From NCBI GenBank assembly GCA_040437565.1, contig JBDOQK010000068.1:124001-161653 (forward strand): DNA of 37,653 nucleotides, in the 5' to 3' direction. A program made the position numbers and the translations under genes. Below the pieces are notes generated by a model, which saw only the letters and a program-made list of their open reading frames with translations, was not told where the DNA came from and did no database searches. Shown piece by piece: positions 1-10,230 of the stretch. The stretch's first letter is position 1. The number at the start of each line of letters is the position of its first letter. This DNA comes from Albugo candida. Taxonomy: Eukaryota.

Positions 1-134
1 ACTACGAGGATGTCAACAATGTCAGCAAGACCTCNNNNNNNNNNNNNNNNNNNNNNNNNNNNNNNNNNNNNNNNNNNNNNNNNNNNNNNNNNNNNNNNNN
101 NNNNNNNNNNNNNNNNNNNNNNNNNNNNNNNNNN

Positions 135-979
135 AAGAAAGACTTTGACAGATGCAGCAATGGAAAACTACGAGGATGTCAACAATGTCAGCAAGACCTC
201 CAATAAAAGTGTGAGACACTCACCAGAGCAGCCAAAGCACCACCAACCGTTGCAGCTGTCTTCCACCAGGGAAACCCTGAGCATGACGGAGGTCCGCTCC
301 AATCGCTTGTACATACGCACTCCTTGGAACCATCCTTTCCAACTTTCCATGATGCTCGTTGTAAATTGCAAGTCTGACTACCTTTCTGGGACTCTGTATT
401 CAGTAAATCTGAAAGAGCACCATCTGAATTTTCCGAACACTTTGCCGCTCCTCCGTTTGCACCTGCGCTTGTGATCTCAATTGTAAACTCTGGAGTTGTC
501 AGGAGACAAGCATCGGGTCCCCACCCACGAAGGACAAATTTACCGGCACCCCGGGAAGCACATATAAAAAAATAGCTTGCTTTTTTTGTTGCTTCAGAGC
601 TTGAATTGCGAACTGTGGTCACCTTTTTGTGTCCTTTGGTATAGTACTCATACGTGACTCGATCTATCCCCGACCATTTTAATTGAATCCAGTTCCCATC
701 GACAATTTGCGGTGTAGTTCCCCCGTTACCGAATTTCGCGTTAAGTACATCAGGCTCCGAGTCACCTTCTTTAGCGCAATTATAACAGCAAACACCTTTT
801 GCAGCAGAACATTCTTTATGTATAACCGGGTCGTACGTGTACGGCACATTCGAAGTCTTGCCGATGCAAGTAGCACAGCAGCCGTCCGTCGGCGCGGTCT
901 TCGCGGTACTATCCCCACTTCTGACCCCAATCATGCCAAAACACGATACATACCATACAATCACGTCAACGAACCTCAT
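135..979 (-). CDS. Cys-rich single-pass membrane protein (signal peptide, EGF-like motif before TM helix); 3' end lost in gap
   Basis: ORF 979-188 has a hydrophobic N-terminus, Cys clusters (CCATC, CCYNC) and ECVCTSDWSGPPSC followed by FPWWKTAATVGGALAAL. A GTGAGT donor at 223 and TAG acceptor at 168 (56-nt intron) extend the TM helix as FSIAASVKVFL into the gap at 134. Confidence 0.75.
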
Positions 980-1437
980 GCTGCAGAATCAGTAGAATCT
1001 GTTTTGCGTGAATAAAGATAGGAAGCTGTACTTTCAGTCCATACCGCATTCCGTGCTCATAAGCATAAGTTACAAGTGATAATCCTTCCAGCTTATTCTC
1101 TCAGTATCAACGCGCGGACCTGATGTTTTGTATTACAAATACTCAGAAACGTCTAAAACTTTCTGATCTCAGAACTAAAATAAATCGTCATGAATCGGAT
1201 GTTATCTTCACTTTAGTATGTGGAAAAGCTCGGGTGAGATTTTCATGGGCAAGACAGCATTTCGAGCCTAATAAACTCTCAACTACGTCCAGTGCATGGA
1301 TACAAATGACACTACCTCTTCCTCGAAGGATAAATCGTAAATGATCTTCAGGTATCGGGTACCTCCAATGCGCTGGCGACATACTCAATCGAAGAATAAT
1401 AACATAACAGAATTGAAAAACATTCATTCGATATAAA

Positions 1438-3801
1438 ATGCTGGCCGCATATTATCGCGTGGCCAAGCGCTCGAACAGATGGCGTAATTATCACCGTGGA
1501 ATCGTTCCCGTTCCTGACCGCGTACAGCAACAGAGGGAGCAGTTGCACGCTCACAAATACGCATCATCGATCAATATCGATGCTCCGGTATTCCAAGTTT
1601 TCGGTAGCAACACCGATGTCGGGAAAACAGTGCTAACAGCGGGTATCTGCCGCTCGGCGATAGAAAATCACAAATATAAAATCACTTATATTAAGCCTAT
1701 ACAGACAGGCACTGATGCCCCAAATAGCGACGCCGCTTTTGTAAAGCGTCACGTCAATCGATCAGAATATTTGCAGTGTGAGACTTTATTCTCATGGAAG
1801 GCGCCAGTGTCACCTCACTTGGCTGCAAAAATCGAGAGTAAACCTCTGTCTGATGAGATTTTGATTCATACGCTCGAAAAACGACTGCAAGCGGTAGATC
1901 TCACCGGCCCGCGTACGAATCACTTGAGACTTGTCGAGACGGCGGGAGGAGTTTGCAGTCCAACTGCGTCATCATCCTGTCAAGCTGATGTGTACAGAGC
2001 TTTGAGACTTCCTGTGATTTTGATCGGCGATGGAAAGTTGGGTGGAATTTCAGCAACAGTCTCTGCAATGGAAAGTCTCTTGATTCGAGGCTACGATCTT
2101 GCTGCATTGTGTTTGCTGGAACAAGAGGACTTGGATAATACCTCTGCTATCGAGTTACGAGTGTCTGAACTTTCGATCCCTCTGTACACATTTCCCAAGC
2201 TCCCACCTGCTTCTGAACCGTTAACGGAATGGTACGCATTACAGTCAAATCTGTTCGATGAGGTCGTCTCAACTCTTAACGAGTTTCATTCCAAGCGACT
2301 CAAGCGGCTTTTTGAATTGGAAGACAAGGGTAGTAGCATCTTTTGGTGGCCATTTACTCAACATAAGCAAATCTCTAACAAAAGGCCCACCGTCATTGAT
2401 TCCGCGTACGGTGATACTTTTCAAGTCTGGAACAAGGAGCATAAGTCTATAGACTCGATGTTTGACTCATGTGCGAGCTGGTGGACGCAAGGCATTGGTC
2501 ATGGGAACGCAAAGATGGCGACTTCGCTCGCATACGCTGCAGGGCGATTTGGCCATGTCATGTTCCCCGAAAACGTTCATGAACCTGCTTTTCGACTAAG
2601 TCAACGACTACTAAAGAGCTTTGGAAATGGATGGGCTTCACGTGTTTTTTTTTCCGACAATGGCTCCACAGCTGTTGAAGTCGCTTTGAAAATGGCATTT
2701 CGAAAGTACATTACGGATCAGAACGGAGAATATGAGGACGCGAGTAATCTGTGTGTGTTGGCACAAGCCAATTGTTATCATGGTGATACCTTGGGCGTGA
2801 TGAATATCGTGGAAAACGGAGATTTCAACAACAAACAGCATCCTTGGTATCGCCCCAAAGCAGTACTTCTTCAAGTTCCCTCCGTGGCATTCAGGAGCGG
2901 CAAATTGACCATTTCACTTCCGTCCGACATCTGCATTAATGAAGTACCGAATATGAAGGAGTTCAGCACGTTTGAAGACGTTTTCGATCAGAAAAGATGT
3001 CAATTCGACTCACTCTATGGCACATATAGAGATTATGTTCGTAAGATCCTGGACGATATCGATAGGTGGTGTATCGGTGCTGCCGTATTAGAACCTATAC
3101 TGCTAGGATCTGGTGGTATGATCCTGGTCGATCCTCTTTTCCAACGTGTCATCGTCGAGGTATGTCGAGAGTACCGGATCCCCGTGATATACGATGAAGT
3201 ATTTTCAGGATGCTGGCGTTTGGGCGTCGAATCTGGTCGTGATTTGATCGGCATGGACCCAGACATTTCCTGTTTTGCAAAGCTGTTGACGGGTGGTGTC
3301 GTACCACTCGCTGTGACGCTCACTAGTGAAGAGATCTTCACTAGCTTTTACACAGATTCCAAGTCAGAAGCGTTATTGCATGGTCACTCATTCACAGCTA
3401 ATCCTGTGGGTTGCGCCGCTGCAAATACAGCACTAGACATGTACGAAATCGGAGAGCAATTCCAGAAGACAAACGAATTGACTTGTAAAAACCCAGTCAA
3501 GCTCGCCACTTTATCGCAAAGTATGTTGTGGGAGCAGAACTCTATTTTGGAAATTTCTATTCTCACCAGCGTGGAGCGTGTTTTCGCAATTGGTACAGTG
3601 TGTGTTGTGGAACTAAAGTCTGACTGTGCCGGATATACTTGTCAGGACGCAGCAAAAGTGATCACCAGATTGCGAGAAGAGGGAGTTTATGCACGTGCAT
3701 TAGGGAATGTTGTGTATATGATGGCGTCGCCAGTTTCAAGTCAAAAGAACTGTAAGCAATGGCTCGGCAAATTGATAAAATGTTTACGAGTAGAGTATTG
3801 A
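1438..3801 (+). CDS. BIO3-BIO1: Bifunctional dethiobiotin synthetase / 7,8-diaminopelargonic acid aminotransferase (BioD-BioA fusion)
   Basis: 787 aa. BioD motifs GSNTDVGKT, KPIQTG, SPHLAA, VETAGG, LGGIS. Class III aminotransferase motifs WWPFTQH, SWW, SDNGSTAVEVALKMA, YHGDT, DEVFSG, FAKLLTGG, HGHSF. Arg-rich N-terminus resembles a mitochondrial presequence. Confidence 0.96.
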   Translation: MLAAYYRVAKRSNRWRNYHRGIVPVPDRVQQQREQLHAHKYASSINIDAPVFQVFGSNTDVGKTVLTAGICRSAIENHKYKITYIKPIQTGTDAPNSDAAFVKRHVNRSEYLQCETLFSWKAPVSPHLAAKIESKPLSDEILIHTLEKRLQAVDLTGPRTNHLRLVETAGGVCSPTASSSCQADVYRALRLPVILIGDGKLGGISATVSAMESLLIRGYDLAALCLLEQEDLDNTSAIELRVSELSIPLYTFPKLPPASEPLTEWYALQSNLFDEVVSTLNEFHSKRLKRLFELEDKGSSIFWWPFTQHKQISNKRPTVIDSAYGDTFQVWNKEHKSIDSMFDSCASWWTQGIGHGNAKMATSLAYAAGRFGHVMFPENVHEPAFRLSQRLLKSFGNGWASRVFFSDNGSTAVEVALKMAFRKYITDQNGEYEDASNLCVLAQANCYHGDTLGVMNIVENGDFNNKQHPWYRPKAVLLQVPSVAFRSGKLTISLPSDICINEVPNMKEFSTFEDVFDQKRCQFDSLYGTYRDYVRKILDDIDRWCIGAAVLEPILLGSGGMILVDPLFQRVIVEVCREYRIPVIYDEVFSGCWRLGVESGRDLIGMDPDISCFAKLLTGGVVPLAVTLTSEEIFTSFYTDSKSEALLHGHSFTANPVGCAAANTALDMYEIGEQFQKTNELTCKNPVKLATLSQSMLWEQNSILEISILTSVERVFAIGTVCVVELKSDCAGYTCQDAAKVITRLREEGVYARALGNVVYMMASPVSSQKNCKQWLGKLIKCLRVEY

Positions 3802-4366
3802 ATCGGTTGGCTATAATATTGCTCTTATATTTTGTATGCATTCTGTCTTCGATATTCTATTTTGGAGCAACATTCGGTTGCGGCTCAAAGCGATTGATAT
3901 CGCGATATCGATCCATCAGGTAGCTAATGAAGAGGCTGTGTACCATATTGATACAACATAATACAATCGCATCATTACTGCTCCTTGAAANNNNNNNNNN
4001 NNNNNNNNNNNNNNNNNNNNNNNNNNNNNNNNNNNNNNNNNNNNNNNNNNNNNNNNNNNNNNNNNNNNNNNNNNNNNNNNNNNNNNNNNNTATATGATGG
4101 CGTCGCCAGTTTCAAGTCAAAAGAACTGTAAGCAATGGCTCGGCAAATTGATAAAATGTTTACGAGTAGAGTATTGAATCGGTTGGCTATAATATTGCTC
4201 TTATATTTTGTATGCATTCTGTCTTCGATATTCTATTTTGGAGCAACATTCGGTTGCGGCTCAAAGCGATTGATATCGCGATATCGATCCATCAGGTAGC
4301 TAATGAAGAGGCTGTGTACCATATTGATACAACATAATACAATCGCATCATTACTGCTCCTTGAAA
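3715..4366. repeat. Gap-flanking duplication (3715-3990 = 4091-4366), probable assembly overlap artefact
   Basis: Apparently identical 276 bp on both sides of the 100-N gap at 3991-4090. Confidence 0.9.
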
Positions 4367-4564
4367 TCAAAATTTCCAACATTTATCGCGGTATAAAACA
4401 AGGATCATTCGGCAGGTCGATGTCGAACTGTCATTCTCCAACATTGCACGACGAGCAGCACCATTCTTTTATATGTCCATGTGGCCGCTATCCATGATCG
4501 ATCATCACCAACTTGCATTTATGTGGCGACATGTTAGAGTGAATGCTTTCCACCGATCGATATC

Positions 4565-4619
4565 GGCTACTTATGTGATAAAGTGAAGGAGTTTTGGTTT
4601 TAGGTTTATCGAGGGACGC
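4565..4619 (+). promoter_or_regulatory. Conserved calmodulin upstream module, copy 1
   Basis: GGCTACTTATGTGATAA...TTTTGGTTTT(aggttt)ATC...GACGC; homologous to the blocks upstream of the other four CaM genes. Confidence 0.6.
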
Positions 4620-4676
4620 AGCAGGACTAGACGTTTGCACAGTTTGGATCCAAATAGCTTTTACACCCGCAGACGG

Positions 4677-4692
4677 TCACTTCTAAATTTGC
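4677..4692 (+). promoter_or_regulatory. Oomycete INR+FPR core promoter of CaM1
   Basis: TCACTTCTAAATTTGC matches YCAYTYY..MWTTTNC, ending 27 nt before the ATG. Confidence 0.7.
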
Positions 4693-4701
4693 ATCGAGTA
4701 A

Positions 4702-5169
<468 letters not shown>

Positions 5170-7044
5170 GCTATAGGTTAAGTATAAAGACCGCGTGAAT
5201 ACAGCGATGAGTTTCATGTCTGATCTTTGTGCATCGCTGGGTCCCTTTGGAGCTAAACGTTCTCTCCCAGCAGTCGCCGACATTTGCATCCTGTCGCCTG
5301 ACTTTGACTGAATATAGGAAAATCGTAGCCTCGAGAAGACGACCCTCACTATCGTGAAGCTGTCACGTTGGCGTGGCTGGTCTGCTCGCGGCTTTTGTAA
5401 AATTCATTAGTGCGACGACGCAAACAGATAGGCTACGAGGGCCAAGCCACTGTGTATGTGATCCAAATTATGTCTCCAGAGTTGCGAGTCCAAATTTGCA
5501 GCAAAGTCCATATGCACGTCCTACTTACAATTGCGGCATTTGGGCTTCAAGCTTGTCAAGATGCTGCAGTAAAGAGATTACACTCGTAGCATTCCGAGCA
5601 TCACCATTAGAAATATCGTCTCAAATGGTGGTACAAAAGGAAACAATTTGGCATGCTAAATTAAAGGTGGGCCTATTTGAAGTGAATCAGTTTGATAATG
5701 AGCCAGTTGTCCACTTTACTCTGCCCGAGTACGAGTTAAAGGCTATCTAAAGCAAGCGATAAAACGCATTGATTATCCCGCCCGATGAATGACTCAGAGC
5801 ATTCTTCTTGAGAAAGAGCGCAGGTTGCATTATTGCAGCGAGCTACATTGAGTATTTGTCTGCTTACAAAACTGCCATGCACTACATGAAGGAATCCCAC
5901 CTTACACACACTACACGGTGTCCTAGTAGCCGCGTTAGCTTCGCTCCATCAGTCGAATATGATGTGGCAATTGCATGCACCACATTTGAATGCTGATATA
6001 AGCGAGGGACCGGTCGACTATACGACTAGTGCGTTCAGGCGTACAAACAAAATCCTAAGAATGCTGAGAAAGGTGCTCTAGAGTGTCTGCAAGACTTATA
6101 ACCGGGCTAATCATCAGGCGCAACTCCGAACGTGGTAATCTTTCCTTACATCATAAGTGTAAGATTCTTCCCTATTTCCAACGCTGCGTTACTTCACGAT
6201 GACCTTGCGCGTTGAGCTATATATGTAGCGAGCTAGATTTTCGCGAGAATTGTCATGCATCACGTCCTTTCCAAAATCGATCTTGGCCTTTTCTCTTCTT
6301 TCTTGTATTCAAAATCATCAAACTCTTGAGGGCTTCGAAGACAGCTCAAAGACATCTTTCTCTGAACGCTTCTCGATTAATAGATTCCAGCGCTACCGAA
6401 TCAATCCAGGATGATGCGGTGAAGCCAGTGCAGGTAGCTCCGTTCCCGCTCTTCGATTCCACTTGCAATTTCGTCATGCTATCCCTAACGTTTTTTATCG
6501 CGTTCAGCTAATTGAGTGTCACTGATAATTTTTCCTTGCTATCATGAATTTGCTGCATTATCTGTATAGAGATTCTCATATCTTGAAGCTTTTCAACTTC
6601 CATTCTAACACCTCAGCCTTGAGCTCCCTGTGTCTATTCATACGATTTTCCACAGATCTGCGCATCTTCATCGTAAATATTGGAAGCATCGTCCAGCTTC
6701 TTTCAATATTTCGTATTCCGTGTGTGACGAGGATTTAACCGCTTTTGAATCTTCCACGTTCAGTTAAAAGTCGACTTATATTCTTGACGACACCTTGATG
6801 CTATGTTCTTTAAGCTTGACTATCTGTCGCGTTTGCTTATCGCAGCTCAGATTGTTGAAGAAGGTTACGGTTGTGACGTGCGTATGATTTGACAATAGCA
6901 TTTGTAATGCTATACGTATTCCTTTCATTGATAGTTAAAATCACAATAGCATTCTAAGCATCGGCTTGATCACTCGCCAAGAGCAGAAATGACTCTACTG
7001 CCACAACTCCATTTTCGTGAAACCTCCATGTGAAGGGCCGCAAC

Positions 7045-7060
7045 TCATTCAAGAATTTGC
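7045..7060 (+). promoter_or_regulatory. INR+FPR core promoter of CCG effector candidate
   Basis: TCATTCAAGAATTTGC immediately before the ATG at 7064. Confidence 0.7.
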
Positions 7061-7063
7061 ACG

Positions 7064-7706
7064 ATGCGATCGCTACGACCAGTGAGCATGGTCGCATGGG
7101 TTTTCGCATGTCATCTGCGGCCAAGTTTTGGTCAGTTGTATCAAAAAGTATACCGCACATATAAATATGATAAGAAACGTAGCACCGTACGAGAGCAATA
7201 TAGCAGATGTCAGGATTGCATGGTAATTAAAGCTGGAGTGTCTGGCATATCGTTAGATGAGGTGGATCACCATACCGCAAGATTTACAATCACTGGTATG
7301 CCACACACTTTCGTACGGGTGAAAATGTATTGCAGCTTTTCTGATGAATGTTCATTTTTGAAAGAATCTCCAACCCCAATATCAACCTCTGACAAGAACT
7401 TGGATCGGCAAGAACAAATGCAAACTCAAGAGCAATCGAACAGCCGGCTTTTATGTCTGTTTAAAACGTCCGCTGTTTTTCAAAACTGCAGAAATTTCGT
7501 GAAAGAAACAAGTGAATCTGACAGCATCGGTGAGTTCTTATTCGTGTCGGGAGAAGTCGAATATGTCGTATTCGTGATGAAATCTTTGAAAACACGAGAA
7601 CAAGTTGTCCAACCTGGTAAAACCTACGGGCGTTGCGATTCCTTTCGTGACCAATTCTATACTGATGAGTTTTTTTTTTTTTTTTATGCGAAGAAATTCA
7701 TGGTAC
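7064..7706 (+). CDS. Secreted CCG (CxxCxxxxxG; CHxC-type) effector candidate, 3' end lost in gap
   Basis: Signal-peptide-like N-terminus (MRSLRPVSMVAWVFACHLRPSFG), then CQDCMVIKAG at aa 49-58 (nt 7208-7237) and further paired Cys (CSFSDEC). INR+FPR upstream. Confidence 0.8.
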
Positions 7707-8635
7707 NNNNNNNNNNNNNNNNNNNNNNNNNNNNNNNNNNNNNNNNNNNNNNNNNNNNNNNNNNNNNNNNNNNNNNNNNNNNNNNNNNNNNNNNNNNNNN
7801 NNNNNNCTATTCTCCGCTCCACTCTACGAACTAAAATCTTCCACCACAAGTGTCTAAAGAGTAAAATCGCATCGCTAGTCGTCCTGCTACACGCTGCAAG
7901 CTGCACGAAAAGTCGCAGTCACATTGGACGATGAGAGGACCTGGAGATGCTGTCGTCAACCTGCGTCAGACGAGTCATGTGGCGGCGTCAGAAAGAGCTC
8001 AGCAATCGAAAAGAGTAGCATGTTGCTATAAGGAATGCGCAGTGCGTTTGCAGAAAGCGATATAGCCAACTTGAACGCTGATACTGCTGGACAACGCATT
8101 GTTGCTGCCGTCAGACAGAAGTCACACTTGCAACAGTAAGATGCCGGGACGATCCAAGCATTCGAGATAAGATGAGATGGCATTACACTGTCGATAGGCT
8201 TAATGAGAAGTTGGAGTACAAAGCTCAAAACGAGAACATCTGAAGAGGATTGGACTGTCTCTTCGTTGTCGATGTACAGACTGATATGACGCGGGGAAAT
8301 GAGCGTGGGCAACTGTGATGTGGACGACAATCGTCACTGAGAACGGAATGATGGCATCAGCGAGCTCTGTTGCGGTCGGAAATGCAAGCTTTTGCAATGA
8401 CCGTACAGCGGGGTCCAAAGCGAGAGTCCAGATAAAGAAAGAATATATCCTGATGATGTCTGATGCAACTCGGTGATTGGCATGTGCATTACCGAAGCGA
8501 TTTCGCACTTGACTGACAGCCCTGTAGCACCGTACCTACGACCCATACTTTGACGTAGCACCATTTGCATTAAATCCACTGTTTTCAGTGCCTAAAACAT
8601 TCATTGTATTTTATTTATTCAAATGCAATGCAATT

Positions 8636-8706
8636 GACTACATATGTAATAATCCGTAGAAGTTTTGGTTTTATCCAGCGACACGAAATCACTGAGATTT
8701 TGTATG
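8636..8706 (+). promoter_or_regulatory. Conserved calmodulin upstream module, copy 2
   Basis: GACTACATATGTAATAATC...TTTTGGTTTTATC (8663-8675)...GACAC...TTTGTATG. Confidence 0.65.
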
Positions 8707-8805
8707 CTGTGAATTCAAGGGACCAACTCCTTTACTGAATCGGTCTAAAATTTGACAAATGTTGATTTGTGCATTTCTGTCGCTCAATTCATATCTCAAT
8801 CAGCA

Positions 8806-9255
8806 ATGGCCGAGCAATTATCTGAAGAACAAATTGGCGAATTCAAAGAAGCGTTCTCGCTTTTTGACAAAGACGCCGATGGAATGATTACCACCAAAGA
8901 GCTTGGAACGGTGATGCGTTCCTTGGGACAAAATCCAACAGAAGCGGAACTACAGGACATGATTAACGAAGTAGATGCCGATGGTAATGGAACTATCGAT
9001 TTTCCAGAATTTCTAACGATTATGTCGCGCAAAATGAAAGACACCGATTCGGAAGAAGAGATTTATGAAGCATTTAAAGTTTTTGACAAAGACGAGAACG
9101 GGTTTATATCAGCGGCTGAGCTTCGCCACATTATGACAAATTTGGGGGAGAAACTGACGGACGAAGAGGTTGATGAAATGATCCGGGAAGCGGATATCAA
9201 TGGTGATGGACAAATCAACTATGAAGAATTCATCAAAAAGATGATGTCTAATTGA
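8806..9255 (+). CDS. CaM: Calmodulin paralogue 2 (divergent)
   Basis: 149 aa from ATG 8806. EF loops [49 protein letters not shown]-terminus FIKKMMSN. Confidence 0.97.
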   Translation: MAEQLSEEQIGEFKEAFSLFDKDADGMITTKELGTVMRSLGQNPTEAELQDMINEVDADGNGTIDFPEFLTIMSRKMKDTDSEEEIYEAFKVFDKDENGFISAAELRHIMTNLGEKLTDEEVDEMIREADINGDGQINYEEFIKKMMSN

Positions 9256-9421
9256 GTTATAGATTGAGTCTAGTATCAAAAGTTGTCTGAATACAGCCAT
9301 AAGAATTCAATTCGTCGTGTAGTGTGATTCTGCTCGAGCTGACAATGTTCCATTGGTCGCCGGCATTTGAGTATAATTAAGTGACGCTTGACTGATTCTA
9401 AGAAACCTCATTGCCGTCAGT

Positions 9422-9841
9422 ATGGCGGCAAACATACCAAATGAAATCGACGAAGCGATCAAGCAATTGAAAAGTAAACCTGGCTTCGCAGCATATCTTA
9501 TCATGAGCAATGATGGAATTGTTGTGCGGTATGAAAACTTGGAATACCGTGAAGCTGTCATGTACGCATACCATGTCTTGGCTCTTTATGCACGAGCACG
9601 AAAACAAGTGGCAAAGATTATGGGTTCTACTCTGCAAGAAAGTGAAGAGATGGAATGGCTTCGTTTGAAAACAAAACTTCATGAGATGATCATTGCTCAG
9701 CATCTCCGTTACACCCTAGTTGTCCTGCAGACCTTTGAGGACACTGTCATTACTCCAGATGTAAGTGTGGCGCGTGGGGTGAGCGCGTTGGAAGAGCCTA
9801 AAGAAAAACAAGATGACAAAAGTGAGCCAAAATCCGCTTAA
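9422..9841 (+). CDS. Roadblock/LC7 dynein light chain family protein
   Basis: EIDEAIKQLKSKPG...YLIMSNDGIVVR...WLRLKTKLHEMIIA...YTLVVLQ fits the Roadblock/LC7 pattern; short charged C-terminal extension. Confidence 0.88.
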   Translation: MAANIPNEIDEAIKQLKSKPGFAAYLIMSNDGIVVRYENLEYREAVMYAYHVLALYARARKQVAKIMGSTLQESEEMEWLRLKTKLHEMIIAQHLRYTLVVLQTFEDTVITPDVSVARGVSALEEPKEKQDDKSEPKSA

Positions 9842-10230
9842 TCAAATTCCTCGCTAGGAGACTCAATCCTATTGGTATGCCCCGTTAAAGCACATCATAA
9901 TTGACATGTTAGCGTCATTCATCCGCGCCAAAAAACATAAGACATCAGCACGACTACCATGTATCTTGATCTCCAGTCCGTCAAGAAATGCGTCTTTATT
10001 CTGATCCTTGGTAACAAAAAAAGAAAATCTCTATGTATACATCGCAATTCAATTCTGTGTAAGCTTTTCATTTCAAGATGCGACCTGATTTTAAACCATG
10101 CAGTGTGAATGCAATCTTGCGATAGTCAGTGATGTAAGTTAAGCTTATAAAGCGCTCAAATGTCAGCTTTCATTGTCGGATGATAACTTGCGTCTCGTAA
10201 TGTTCATAATGCCCTTTGTGAACTTTGTTT

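Noticed and set aside
1-200. Repeat 1-34 = 167-200 and ORF 10-474
   Set aside because: Gap overlap; the ORF is antisense to the real minus-strand gene and reads through Ns
5373-6900. Short ORFs and purine-biased minus-strand stretch suggesting a decayed gene or transposon
   Set aside because: No recognisable domain, terminal repeats or consistent splice model by eye
7807-8600. Possible CCG C-terminal continuation or retroelement relic
   Set aside because: Multiple stops in all plus-strand frames and no diagnostic motif
8752-8805. N-terminal extensions of CaM2 (also 19701 for CaM3 and 24148 for CaM5) as signal peptides
   Set aside because: They start at non-ATG codons in promoter/5' UTR sequence and are not hydrophobic leaders; the true starts are the conserved ATGGCCGAG
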